Assembly: GCA_024679065.1 (NCBI GenBank)
Contig: JAGIQG010000011.1
Coordinates: forward strand, 39,680,001-39,744,000
Direction of reading: 5' to 3'
Origin: Sphyrna mokarran
Taxonomy: Eukaryota
Length of the DNA stretch: 64,000 nucleotides
Made by a program: the position numbers and the translations under genes. Positions 1 to 14,400 of this stretch are shown here, piece by piece. Under the pieces are notes generated by a model. The model was given only the letters and a program-made list of their open reading frames with translations. It had not been told where the DNA came from and did no database searches. Each line of letters opens with the position of its first letter. Position 1 is the stretch's first letter.

Positions 1-1581
1 TTAAAGAGGCGACCAGAGCTGACCATGGTAAATATATTGTTGTTGCGAAAAATAGTAGTGGACATGCCCAAGCTGCTGTTGTCGTCAATGTACTTGATAG
101 ACCTGGCCCTTGTAAAAACATCAAGGTCAGCTATGTCACTAAAGATTCCTGTATGCTTGCCTGGGAAAATCCAGATGATAATGGAGGCTCAGAAATTACT
201 AACTACATAGCAGAAAACCGTCAACCCAGCCAGAGAGGATGGTCTGTGATCTCATCTGATTTGACTAAACGTGTGGTCAAAGTTCCACTTACAACAAATC
301 ATGAATATTTCTTCCGCGTGTGTGCAGAAAACAAAGTAGGACTAGGTCCAACCATTGAAACCAAAACACCAGTTTTAGCCATAGATCCCATTGAAAGACC
401 TGGAGAACCTGAAAACTTCCATGTTGCTGACATAGGAAAGACATTTGTCCTGCTTAATTGGAGGCGACCTGACTATGATGGTGGTAGTCCTAATCTATCT
501 TATCATGTTGAAAGAAAGCTAAAGGATTCAGCTGAATGGGAAAGATTACACAAAGGAAGCATTAAAGACACTAGTTTCATGGCTGACCGATGTATTGAGA
601 ACCAAACCTATCAGTTTAGAGTTCAAACAAAGAATGAAGGTGGTGAAAGCAACTGGGTGAAGACAGATTATGTTATTGTTAAGCCAGAAATACAGAAACC
701 AGTCTTGGATCTAAAGCTGACTGGAGTGTTAACTGTAAGAGCAGGTGACACCATCAGAATTGAAGCATCTCTCAGAGGCAAGCCTCAACCAGAAGTTGTT
801 TGGGTAAAGGACAAAGATGCAGTTGATCTGAGCAGATCACCTCGAGCTAAGATTGAAACAACTGCTGACACAGCCAAACTCACTATAACTAAATCTAAAC
901 GCGAAGACAGTGGCAAATATGTAATCACTGCAACTAATTCAGCAGGTAGCTTCACAGCATATGCCACCGTGAATGTGTTGGATGTACCAAGTGAAGTCAG
1001 AAGCTTGAAGGTCTCTGGCATTGCAAGTGATAGATGTAGAGTCAGCTGGGACCCACCAGCAGATGATGGTGGCTGTGAAATTCAAAACTATGTTCTAGAG
1101 AAGTGTGAAAGTAAGAGAATGGTCTGGTCCGTGTTCTCCTCTTCTATAATTGCCGAATATGCAAATGTTACTCGTCTTATTGAAGGAAACGAATATATCT
1201 TCAGGGTACGTGCAGAAAACAAAATAGGCACAGGTCCACCAACAGAAACAACGCCAATGGTAGCTAAGACACAGTTTAATAGACCTGGTCCTCCAGATGC
1301 ACCAGAGGTCACTAAAGTTAGCAAGGAAGAAATGACTGTTGTTTGGAATGCACCAGAAGATGATGGTGGAAAATCAATCACAGGATATATTCTGGAGAAG
1401 AAAGAGAAACGAGCTGTTAGATGGATTCCAGTCACCAAGAGTTCAATCCCAGAGAGACGCATGAAGGTTACAAATCTGATTCCTGAACGTGAATACCAGT
1501 TCCGTGTCAAAGCTGAAAATGAAATTGGATTAGGAGACCCAAGCCCACCATCAAAACCGGCAATAGCAAAGGATCCAATGG
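1..1581 (+). CDS. TTN: TTN exon (5'-truncated by window; ~human exon 304): Ig(part)-Fn-Fn-Ig-Fn-Fn, A36-A41
   Basis: Open frame from base 3 ([11 protein letters not shown]...) through ORF 153..1712; donor G|GTACTT after KDPM. Confidence 0.95.
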
Positions 1582-4500
1582 GTACTTACATTATAACATT
1601 TTTAAAAATTCTCAAAGTACAAATATTTAATTCCTTGTCACTTTATAAATTTCTCCTGACTCATTTCCTATCTTTCTTTGCACAGAACCTCCTGGCCCTC
1701 CAACTGGTCTAAAGGTGGTTGATAGTACAAAGACTTCAATTTCCCTTGGCTGGACAAAGCCAGTGTACGACGGCGGTTCTCCCATCATTGGTTATGTTGT
1801 TGAAATGAGATCAAAGGGTGTCAGCAAATTACCCGAAGAAGGATGGAAGAGATGTAATGTTCCAGCTCAGCTTGTCCTTACTCAATTTACCATGACAGGC
1901 CTTAATGAGAAAGAAGAATATGAATTTAGAGTTTCTGCACAAAACCAGGTTGGAATTGGTCGCCCTGCTGAACTGAAGGAAGCAGTATCACCAAAGGAGA
2001 TATTGGGTAGGCTCTGCATTTTGTCCTTTACCTCCTTTGTGATATAAATAAAACTTTTTCTAATGTAGTAATATTTTTTGATGGCAAACTGGTTTCCAAC
2101 ACCAAACTGATTTTTTTTTTCAGAACCGCCAGAGATTGATTTAGATGCAAGCCTGAGAAAAGTTGTCACTGTCAGAGCAGGATGTCCAATCAGATTGTTT
2201 GCCACTATCAGAGGCCGACCTGCACCTAAAGTCACCTGGAGGAGAATGGGAATAGATAACGTTGTCAGGAAGGGTCAAGTGGACTTAATTGACACAATGG
2301 CTTTTCTCGTCATTCCTGAGAGTACTCGTGATGATTCTGGCAAATATTCACTGACGCTTGTAAATGCAGCAGGCGAAAAGGCAGTGTTTGTGAATGTTAA
2401 AGTTCTTGGTGAGTTATATTCATTCTCTTTTTGTTTTGGATGCTTTCTGATGTAACTTGATCATAGGAAAGGAATTTCTAAAGTTTGTTCAGGAGAGCTC
2501 CCTTAATCAGTACTTTTTCTGCCCAATGAGGATGGAATCATTGCAGGATTTGGTCCTAGGGAAAGTAATAGGCCAAGTGAAAAATATTACATTGGGGGGA
2601 AAGCATCTCAGGAAAAATGAGCATAGATATATTGAGCTTAAATATTGTGGAGAAGGACAAATAGCAATATAGAATAAAAATACTCAAATACGGACAAGTT
2701 CATTTTGGTGAATTGAGCAAGGGCTTGGCTCAGGTAAATACAAATCAAACTGGCAGACTAAAGTGGAATCGTGCAATGAGTGATCTTAAAAGAGATGGTT
2801 CAGATAACCTATATGTATTCCCAAAAGGAACAAGAAGAGGGCAACCAATGCTAAATCTGTTTGGATCTCTTTGCTAACACTTAAAAAAGCATTAATAGGA
2901 TGAATCAGTAAGGGCCTTTTGGCAGATGTCAGTTTGATAATAAAAGAGAGAATATAAAAATTACAGAGAATTGAGAAAAGAAAATAAGAAAAGTGAAGAA
3001 AGATTATGAGAACAGATTGACATGAATGAGAATCCAAACATTGTCGAAGGCATATCAACAATGGAAGAGGAATAAAATGAGGAACCGTTGGTTGAGGCAC
3101 ATGGCTTGGCTGAGGTACAAAGGAGATTGTTGTGATTGGGGAGAAATCAGAATAGCTAAAGAGAAGGAACTTGAAAGATTGACATAAAGTGAATAGTTCA
3201 CATGCTCTAGATGGGAATGCTGAGCAAACAAAGGAGTAGAAATTGTGGAGGGGCTGGCCAGAATATGTCACTCCTCCTGAGATATGGGAGTGATATCAGA
3301 AAAAATGAGACTTGTTTAAGAAAGTACAAAATAATTTTGGCAATTACAGACTAGTCAGTTTAAAGTAGGTGATTTCTGACCTTGTCACCCCAGCACAAAT
3401 CACATCAATCCCAGAAAATAGCGCATGGGCCTAAAAGTTGGTTTTTCGCCTGGCACCTTCCTCGTGTAAGATAGAAATAAGGAGAATCTTTTCTCTCGGA
3501 GGGTTATAAATCCTTGGAACTCTCTTTCTCAAAAAGCATTGGAAACAGAGGGTGAAATTTTCCCAAGGCTGGGAATTTCTGCCCAAGGTGAATGGACCTT
3601 TGCATGGTCCATCCCTGCCTGCTACAATTCCCATGGTGGGTGAGACAGGAAAACTCCACCCATAGTCTTTGAATACTTTTTAAGGTAGAGTTATATAGAG
3701 TTTTGGTTAACTAGGAGCTGGGCAGGAATATGGGGTTGAATCATGTTATTGAATGGAAGAGCAGGTTTGAAGGATGCATGGCCTACTCCTGCTCCTACTT
3801 CATGTGTTTGCTCTTCAAAAGAACTGGCATAGACTCGATGGACTGCTTCTGTGCTTTATTTTTCTAAAATAAAGTTTTGACTTTTATGAAATTTGTTTTT
3901 GGTTTTTAGATACACCTGGACCTGTCTCAGACCTTGAAACTTCAGATGTTACAAAAAATACATGTCATTTGTCCTGGTCACCACCTGAAAATGATGGCGG
4001 TAGCCAAGTGACCCACTATATAGTGGAGAAACGGGAAGCGGACAGAAAGACCTGGGGTGTAGTGATACAAGATTTGAAGAAAACTAGTTTCAAAGTGACT
4101 GGCCTGGTACCTGGATGTGAATACTATTTCAGAGTAACTGCTGTCAATCAATATGGACCCGGAGTTCCAAAAGACACTGCCAAACCTATTTCGGCAAGAG
4201 ATCCAATCAGTGAGTATTTTTTTTTTTAATTTTCCTGTTAAACTAAAAGGAAAAGAGCTGGATTGACCAAAATGTCTTTAGTGATCATTAGCCTCTCTGG
4301 ATAGTATTGATATCAATTAGTCTCAAACTAACAGTTTACAATTTGATTTTTAGGTGAACCAGATCCACCCAAGAAATTGGATGTCATTGATATAACGAAG
4401 AACAGTGCTTCACTGTCATGGTTGCCACCTATTAGAGATGGAGGAGCTAAAGTTGATGGTTACATTGTTGAGTTTCAAGAAGAAGGCCAATCTGAGAAAC

Positions 4501-5151
4501 AATGGACACAATACTCCGTAATCAAGGAACTGTCTATTCTTGTAACAGGTCTTAAGGAAGGAATTAAATACAAATTCAGAGTGGCAGCTAGAAATATTGT
4601 AGGAGCCAGCTTGCCCAGAGAAACTGAAGGATTATTTGAAATTAAAGAACAACTGAGTAAGTAAACAGTTCATTATTTCAATCCAAAATAAAAACAGAAT
4701 TCTAAGAAAAATAGTGATTGAAGACTTTCAGTTTAAGCAACAGTCTATTAAAGCTACCAGGAAACTTGAACAAGTTTCAAATTTGTGCCTTATTAATGTT
4801 CTCCCACCAAGCTGCAGCTCACTGCCTTCCTTCCATTGTAGCACTCAGATCTTTAGCATGTATGACTAGTCACTGGGGGTGATGGAGGGTGCAGATTCTA
4901 GGGAAGGCAAGAAATTGCTGCCAACAATCCAAAGGAACTCCTGTTTTTTCTAGCACACTTTTTGGAGTGGTATCGTTTTAAAATTTTACAATTAGGCTTC
5001 TCAATATTTATAGAAAGGGGACTGGCAGATGCTGTTGATTCTTCTTCCTTTCCCCTTTGAAAGATGTAAATTGACACTGAGCTTCCATTTTAGTGCAGTC
5101 TGGTAGACAAAGACACACACACACACACACACACACACCACACACACACCA

Positions 5152-5191
<40 letters not shown>

Positions 5192-8100
5192 CAAACTTTT
5201 CCCTAGTCATCATTTTCAGCTATGAAGTCGAAGACTTGTTGTTTCAACCACTTCTTCAAGATAGCTTCAAATTTTTTTAAAAAATTGTATTTAAGTAGTA
5301 CCTCTCAGAGACATTTCAGAGTGTTTCACAGGCAATGAATTATTCTGACATATGGCAATCACAATTTTGCAGGCAAGAATGATAGCCATTTTTCACAAAA
5401 ACAGGGGCCGGGATTCTCCAACCTCACCCACGGCTGGGCTTCTTTGGTCCCGCTGCAGTGAATGGAGATTTAGCTGAGTGCCAAATTCTTTCTTCTCATT
5501 GGCAGCAGTGGCAGGATAGCAATACAAGATCAGAGAATTACAGCCAAGATCTCATCAACGGCAATGACACTTTGAATGAATACCTTAACAGCGCTTCAGC
5601 TTAACATCTTAAATTATCAAATTGGCATCTCAAACAATCCAGCACTGAGTTAATATTCCACTGAAGTTGCATCCCTAATCTGATGTTCAAGTCCTGGAGT
5701 GGAGCTGAATCCTACAAATTTTTGGTACCAAGGAATGAAACTGAACTGATACTGTATTGGTAGAAAGTACAAATAATTTCTTGTCAGTAATTGTTAGATT
5801 ATTTAAGATGCTGATATATTAGAACTGCTTCCCCAATTGTTTGTTGATGAGGGGGATTTTAACCAGTTGCCTGCAGTCATGAAAGATTGGGAAGCTTCTA
5901 GCTAACAATGCTTCCTTGGAAAATTGGCATAGGTATGTTTTAAAGATACATGTAGGTTTTTAACAAAGGTTCACATTCCTGCATTAACATTGTTTTAATG
6001 CCTTTTTTTTAATAGTGCCACCAAAGATTATCATGCCTGAATTCATAACAATCAAAGCCGGGCAGAAGCTTAGAATTGAAGCTCATGTAGCTGGCAAGCC
6101 TACACCAGTTTGCAAATGGATGAAAGGAGATGATGTCGTAATGCCATCCAGTCGCCTGGTTGTACATAAGACAAAGGATACTTCAGTACTTATCATTAAA
6201 GATGTTACCAGAAAAGATAGTGGCTACTACAATCTTTCTGCAGAAAATAGCTCCGGCATCGCCACCCAGAAAATACGTGTGGTGATAATGGGTGTGTATA
6301 TTTGATGCTTTGTGTAATCATAGAATCATAGAAAATTTACACATAGAAGGAGGCCACTTGGCCCATCGCTTTTTTTCCAGCTAAAAAGAAGCCATCCTGT
6401 AATCCCACTTTCCAACATTTGGCCCATAGCCCTGAAGATTACAGCACTTGAGATGTATATCTAGGCACTTTTTATATGAGTTGAGAGTCTCTGTCTGTTC
6501 TATCTTTTGACATAATGAGTTCCAGACCCTATAATCCTCTGGGTGAAAAGCTATTTCTTCACTGCCCCAATCATTTTAAATTTATGTCACCTGCTTACTG
6601 TCCTCGCTGGAAAATCCCTTTCCATCAACTCCATCTAGGCCCCTCTCAATTTTATACAGCTCAATAAAATCTCCCTTCAGACTCTTGCATTCCAAGGAGA
6701 AGAACCTCCGCCTATTCAGTCTTTCCTCATAGCTAGAATTTTCCAGTCCTGGCAATGTCCTCATAAATTCCCCCTGTACCCTCTCTAGTGCATCTATATC
6801 CTTTCTCTAATGCAGTGACCAGAACTGCACACACTAATCAAATTGTGACCTAAGTAATGTTTCATGTAGTTTCAGTTTAACCTCCCTACTGTTATATGCT
6901 GTGCCTCAGCTAATAAGCAAAAGAATTCTATGCGCCCTCTTAGCCATTTTACCAACCTGTTCTGCTACCTTCAGGGATTTGGAGACATGCAGTCATTATC
7001 TTGCATTCCTTCTACACCTTCCAGTGTCCTCCTATTAATTGTGTACTACTTTGCCATGTTTCACCTTTCCAAGTGCATCCCCTCAAGCTTCTCTGGATTG
7101 AATTCCATTTGTGGAGATGCCAGCATTGGACTAGGGTAAACACAGTAACAAGTCTGATGAAACACAGTAAGAAGTCCAGGTCACCAAACCCGGTGTTGTC
7201 AGACTTTTTATTGAATTCCATTTGCCACTTTTTTGCCCATTGACCAATCCAACAATATCTTCCTGCAGTCTCCAGCAATCCTCCTCACAACAAACCAAAC
7301 AGCCAATTTTTATCAACTGTGAACCTCCCCTACACTTACATCAAATCATTAATATATACCACAAAAAGCAGGAGACCTAATTCTGAGCCTTGGGGAACCC
7401 CACTGGAAGCAGCCTTCACACCCTTCCTGCCACAAATCGAATTTTATATCCAACTTGCTACACCCCTTGGATCACATGGGCTTTTTTTTTAACCAGTCTT
7501 CCATGTAGGACCTTGTCAAAAGCCTTTCTAAAATCTATCTAGGCCACATCAGTTGCACCATTCTGACCAATCCTCCTTGGTACCTCCTCAGAAAATTCAA
7601 TCAAATTAATCACAAACATGATCTTCCCTTAACAAATCCATGTTTACTATCCTTGATTAATCTACACCTTTTGAAGTGACAGTTTATCCTGCCCTTCAGA
7701 ATTGGTTCCAAGGCTCAAAATGACTAGCCTATAATTATTTTGTCTAACCTTCACTCCCTTTTTAAGCAAAGATACAGTAGTAGACCCCTCACTCTCCTGT
7801 GTCTCTTCTGTATCCAGTGAGGATTGGAAAATGACAGAGCCTCCACAATGTCCTCCCTGATTTCTTTTAACAGCACGAGGTACATTTTGTCTGGTTCTGA
7901 TGAATTATCCACTTTCAAAGATGCTAATGCTCTAATGTTTCCTCTGTCCTAAGGTTATGTAAGGTTGTGCACTTGAACGAATTAGAGCTGTGTAAATAGT
8001 ATTCCATTAATACTGCTCTGTAAAGCAGCATTATTTCATCGTTTCATTCTGAACACTTAATGTTTTTCAGATATTCCTGGACCACCACAGCCACCATTTG

Positions 8101-11100
8101 ATATTTCAGAAATTGATGCTGATTCTTGCAGCCTGAACTGGCATATTCCATTTGAAGATGGTGGCAGCAACATAACAAACTATGTAGTAGAGAAATGTGA
8201 TTTGAGTCGTGGTGACTGGGTTACAGCTGTGGCATCTGTAACAAAAACAAATTGTAGAATCGGAAAGCTTATCCCTGGACAAGAGTACATGTTCCGTGTT
8301 CGTGCAGAAAATAGATTTGGTATTTCGGAACCTCTCACTTCTGATAAAATGATTGCTCAGTATCAATTTGGTAAGCTATAACAAAGTGTTTCGCCTGCAA
8401 TTTTTTAAGACATAAAACCTGGCTTCAGCGCTGATGGAAGCTTTTTTTTATATTTTTATATACAGATGTTCCCAGTGAACCAAGGAATGCACGTGTCACA
8501 AAGGTGAACAAAGAATGCATATTTTTGGCATGGGACAGACCAGAAAGTGATGGTGGTAGTCCCATCACTGGATATGCTATTGAACGTAAAGAGAGAAATA
8601 GCCTTCTCTGGGTAAAGGCAAATGACACATCTGTCCGTGCCACTGAGTACCCGTGTTCAGGACTGATTGAAGGGCTAGAATATACTTTCCGAGTCAGTGC
8701 ACTGAACAGGGCTGGATCCAGCAAGCCTAGTAAACCAACTGAGCTTGTAACAGCTAGGACAGCTGTTGGTAAGTATTCCCAAAAATATTGAAAAAGTTAC
8801 TTTTATAATTATCTTAAATACTTTGGATTTTACTCCTTAAAGTTTTTGTGTGTAAACTTAGAAACATGTGCCCATGTTTTACAACAGATCCACCAGGCAA
8901 ACCTGAAGCCATTGACGTCACGAATAGTACAGTTTCTCTCATCTGGGCAAGGCCCAAACACGATGGTGGAAGCAAAATAATTGGTTATTATGTTGAAGCC
9001 TGTAAATTACCTGGTGATAAGTGGATCCGATGCAACACCAATTGTCAAAATGTACCTACTGAAGAATTCACTGTTACCAATCTTGAAGAACATGCCCAAT
9101 ATCAATTCAGGGCCATTGCAAAGACAGTAGTTAATATCAGCAAACCATCTGAACCTTCAGATCCAGTGACCATCGTGACAGAACATGGTATGAATGAATG
9201 TCATTTTGATGCCTGATTTTGATTTTGTAGAACTTGCAATGTCATAAAAAGAATGATAAATGTAATATATTAATTTTATTGTACTTGAGAAATATTATTC
9301 ATATTAAAGTGTTCTGTTTGAATTACAGTTGCACCAAGAATTGATTTGGGTGTCTCCATGAAGTCTCTGATCACTGTGAAGGCTGGATTTAATGTTTGTT
9401 TAGACGCTCATGTCTTTGGAAAACCCTTTCCAAAGATCACTTGGAAGAAAGAAGGCAATGTACTAAAGTCTGGTGAAGGCATTAAAATAGCCAGAGCAAG
9501 AAATCTGTGCACACTCGAATTGTATAGTGTACAAAGGAAAGAAACTGGAGAGTACACTATTGTGGCAGAGAATGAAAGTGGATCCAAATCGGCTAATGTA
9601 AAACTGAAAGTATTAGGTAAAAGTATTTTAAAATGTTTCATAGGATATGAGTGAATCTGGTGTCCATTATACAATAGCTTAATAAAATGTGTATGTGAAT
9701 TTTCAACTATAAATGTAATTTTTATGCAAGCCTGACCAAAAGAACAAGATTTTAAAGCGAATGATTAGTTTCATTTTTAACTCAATTAAAAAAAATCCAA
9801 AAATTTTAATGCATTATTATGTTCTGTGTTTTTCATAGATAAACCTGGTCCACCAGCTTCTATCAAAATTAGCAACATTTATTCAGATCGTGTTACACTG
9901 AAGTGGGAACCTCCTCTTGAGGATGGAGGTTCTGAAATAACTAACTACATAGTCGATAAACGTGAGACAAGCCGTCCTAACTGGGCTCAAGTTACTGCTA
10001 ATTTACAGATTACACAGTGTGGTATAGAGAGACTGATAGAAGGACATGAATACCAGTTCCGTGTCAGTGCAGAGAACAAGTATGGAATTGGTGATCCAAT
10101 TATTACTCATCCAGTTGTTGCTAAGAATCCATACAGTAAGTAAAATGTTATAATTTTGTAGCTACTTTTGATTTTAATTGATTAGTAGGCAAACACTACT
10201 TAACACATGTTTTGCATTATTTACAGATGTACCTGGGCCATGTGAAGCTCCAATAATTAGCAACATCACAAAAGATCATATGACTGTTAGCTGGAAAGCC
10301 CCAGCAGATGATGGTGGATCTCCGGTGACTGGATATATGTTAGAAAAACGTGAGACATTGTCTGTTGCTTGGTCAAAAGTCAACAGAAGACCAGTTTTAG
10401 AAAGAACAGTTAAAGCCACAGGACTTCAAGAAGGCACTGAGTATGAGTATCGAGTTATTGCCTTGAATAAAGCGGGACCGGGTAAACCCAGTGAATCTTC
10501 AAAAGCAGCATTTGCCCTTGATCCTCAGTGTAAGCAGCCATATAACTTTATATATAAATAAATATATATGTACATACATTTATGAGTATCATATTGCCTT
10601 ATTCTCTTGTTTGTTGAACTTTTTCTTTGAAATTGTTTTATTTCCATTCAGATCCTCCAGGACCTCCTGCCTTCCCAAAAGTTGTTGATACAACTCGCAG
10701 TACTATCAGTTTGTCTTGGAGTAAGCCAGCATATGATGGTGGCAGTCCAATTTTGGGATATCTAGTTGAAGTTAAGCGTGCAGATGGTGAACACTGGACA
10801 AAGTGCAATATACCGAAGAATCTTCGTGAGACAAATTATACTGTAACAGGACTATCTGAAGGCACTGAGTATCAGTTCCGCGTAAGCGCAGTGAACAAAA
10901 TAGGCTTCAGTGATCCAAGTGAGGTGCCAGAAAAACATACTGCCAAGGATATTTTGAGTAAGTCTTCATTACTTTGTGAAGCAAATTCAATATTGTCATT
11001 AAAACGTTATGTTATCCTCAACAAGTCAGGCAATGTATGGAGTGATGGTACTTTCTAATGAAAGGTCATCGACCCGCTATGTTAACTCTGTCTATCATTC

Positions 11101-11398
11101 TACAAATGCTGCCCAACCTTTTCAGTTTTCCAGCATTTTTAATTTTGTTTACAATTTGCAGCATTTGCAGTATTTTGCCTTTGTATCATCTTTCTGAAAT
11201 GTTCTCTCCATTATTCAAATAGTGCATTCTAAATAAATGGGTTAATGGCAATAAATAACTAAATATTTTTGACACTTGTAGTCTGAAATCCAGCAACATT
11301 ATTACAGAATCAATGGGTGGTATTTTCTACCTTTCCCATTAGTAGGATCTTCTGGTTCAGTTGAGATTAACCACCACCAAACAACCCCCCCTCCCTTC

Positions 11399-11429
<31 letters not shown>

Positions 11430-14400
11430 ACTACCATCACCACCACCATGTGGTAGGTTCCTGGTGGCAAAGTGGACGCACCATGTAAAAGTCTGTAGAA
11501 TGTGGCATCAGCACCTATTGACTCACCACAGGGAAACCCGCCATAGAGAGGCTGAAATATCCTGGATAGCTGAAGATCATCTCAAACTAGCACCAGACGT
11601 GCATGCCTTGGCATGCTGTAAGTGTCCTTATGTTCTTCAACTGACCCTTAAGAATGTAGTTTGAGTCAGATAATGCCATAGTGTAGTATGATGCCCTTTT
11701 TCTAATGGGATAGGGCTTACAGAATCAGATCTTTCTTTATCATAATGGAAATGAGGACATATTCAAGAGTTGTAAAGTTAGATGGGAATTTTGTGAATAG
11801 GTTTTTTTTTGTAAGTTTAAGGCTATTTTTGTGCAATTTGTTATATTTTAATTAAGTAAAAACATAATTTTACAGGTATGTAATTAGGTAGATGAAGCAA
11901 ATTTTGCATGAATACAATTGGCATTTTTTGTGACTGAACTAAATGACAGTGTAGAGGTAGCATAGGACATTATTAGTTCCTGGAATAATGGTTCTGGAAT
12001 CTGATTGACCAGATGGGTTGAAGTGAAAAGGTTCTCAGGGATATAGCTAAAGCAGTGATGGCCTCAAGTTCTGTAATCTGTTCGGTAGAATTAATTTGAT
12101 AACAGAGAAACATATCTTAATACATGTGGGAGATTTTTAATAATGAAGATTGAATTGTGTGCCTTTTTTCTGAACAGTTCCCCCTGAAGCAGATCTTGAT
12201 GCTGACTTAAGGAAGGTGCTTGTATTGCGTGCTGGTGTCACAATGAGAATCTATGTGCCAGTGAGAGGCCGGCCTCCACCAAAGATTAGTTGGGCTAAAA
12301 TGAATGCCAACTTACAGGATAGACAAGGACTTGATATCAAAACTTCAGACTATGACACAATGTTGTACTGCGAAAATGTGAATCGATACGATGCTGGAAA
12401 GTACATCTTAACTTTACAAAATAGCAGTGGAACAAAAGCATACACTCTTACTGTAAAGGTTCTTGGTAAGTTGTTACAAATTATTTTGTTGTCATAAAAA
12501 ATAAAATATTAATATAAAGTGAGTTGATTATATTTAATTTGTTCAGTGAGACAACCATTTACCTTTTTCTTTACTTTTTAATTAGATACTCCTGGTCCTC
12601 CAGTTAATCTTATAGTTAAAGAAACATCAAAGGATTATGCTGTTATATCATGGGATCCTCCTCTCGTGGATGGTGGCAGTCCAGTTAAAAATTACATAGT
12701 AGAGAAACGAGATGCTGAAAGAAAGGCATGGTCAACTGTAGCAACTGAGTGTTCCAAGACAAGTTTCAGAATTACTAAATTGGAAGAGGGTAAATATTAT
12801 TACTTCAGGGTTCTAGCTGAAAATGAGTATGGCATTGGTGAACCTTGTGAGACGAAAGATGCAGTGAAGGCTTCAGGTAAGGATTAAACACATTGACTAC
12901 TTTTCACGAATTTAATACTGGACAAAAAAAACTGCATATTATAATTTTTTCCTCTTAAACAATCTATTGCATTATATAGAAGAGCCTGGGCCTGTGGAAG
13001 ACTTAAAGGTTGCAGCTGTGTCCAAGAGTTCTTGCACTCTGACATGGAATAAACCAATCAGTGATGGTGGAACACGAATTACTGCTTATGCTGTTGATGT
13101 AATGGTTCAAGAGGACAAGTGGAAAGAGTTGATGAGAGCTAAGAAGTTGCAATTTTCAACAAATGACCTGGAGGAAGGAAAAGAATACACTTTCAGAGTA
13201 AGGGCACAGAATGATGCTGGATTCAGTGTGCCACGTGAAATTACACTTGTAGCAAAGGATCAAGTTGGTGAGTAAGCCCCTTTTGGCATTTGTAGTTTAT
13301 CTTTGAATAATTAGAAGTTCAAATGCAAGTTTGAATTGATGAATGTAAAATAACTAATATTTGGTTTTGTTAATTAACTAGACCTTTTTGGACACATTAG
13401 CAAGTCTCAGAAACTTCTAAGATGTTTTGCAGTGAATAAATTACTTTTAAAATTTAACTACTGTTTATATAGGCAAGGTTATGATAAAGCTGTATGAAAG
13501 CTTTTATTGGTAGGGGGATTGAATTTAGGAGCCGCAGCATCATGTTGCAGCTGTACAAAACTCTAGTGCGGCCGCACTTGGAGTATTGTGTGCAGTTCTG
13601 GTCGCCACATTATAAGAAAGATGTGGAGGCATTGGAGAGGGTACAGAGGAGGTTTACTAGGATGTTGCCTGGTATGGAGGGCAGGTCCTATGAAGAGAGG
13701 TTGAAGGATTTGAGGTTGTTTTCGTTAGAAAGGAGGCGGCTAAGGGGGGATCTTATTGAAGCATATAAGATAATTAGAGGTTTGGATAGGGTGGACAGTG
13801 ATAGCCTTTTTCCTAGGATGGAGAAAGCTAGCACGAGGGGACACAACTTTAAATTAAGGGGTATGAGTTATAGGACGGATATCAGAGGTAGGTTCTTTAC
13901 TCAAAGAGTGATTAGGGAGTGGAATGCCCTGCCTGCAGCTGTTGTAGATGCGCCAAGTTTGGTGGCGTTTAAGAGGTTAGTTGATAAGTATATGGATGAG
14001 AAGGGAATGGTTTAGTTAGGAGGGGCATTGCTTTTTATTTTGGTCGGCACAACATCGAAGGCCGAAGGGCCTGTTCTGTGCTGTATTGTTCTATGTTCTA
14101 TGTTAAACACAGAGTACTGTGCAGCTCTGGTCACCATACTGTAGGAAGGATGTGATAATACTAAAAAGGGTGGAGAGGAGATTCACCAGGATGTTGCCTG
14201 GGCTGAAGTATTTCAGAAGTGAAGGAAGGCTGGTGGTTAGGCTCAGGTTTTTTTTCCTTAGAACAAAGAAGGATGAAGTGGAACCTGATCAGAGAATACA
14301 AAACTAAGGAACATAAATAAGGTAAATCAGAAGAAACTTTTCCCCTTAGTCAAGAGGGCAATTACCATAGGCCTTAAATTTAAGGTAAGGGGCAAGAGAT

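Noticed and set aside
5001-5213. ORF with CVCVCV repeats
   Set aside because: It is the translation of the (CA)n microsatellite.
7154-7185. CTGATGA motif in the 7112 insert as another hammerhead or a C/D box
   Set aside because: No stem II and GAAA arrangement or terminal stem follows; it appears to be a junction of duplicated segments.
13494-14015. 173-aa ORF (and the 200-aa minus ORF 58018..58620) as novel nested genes
   Set aside because: Both are C-terminal fragments of CR1 ORF2 with LINE 3' tails, lacking the RT core.
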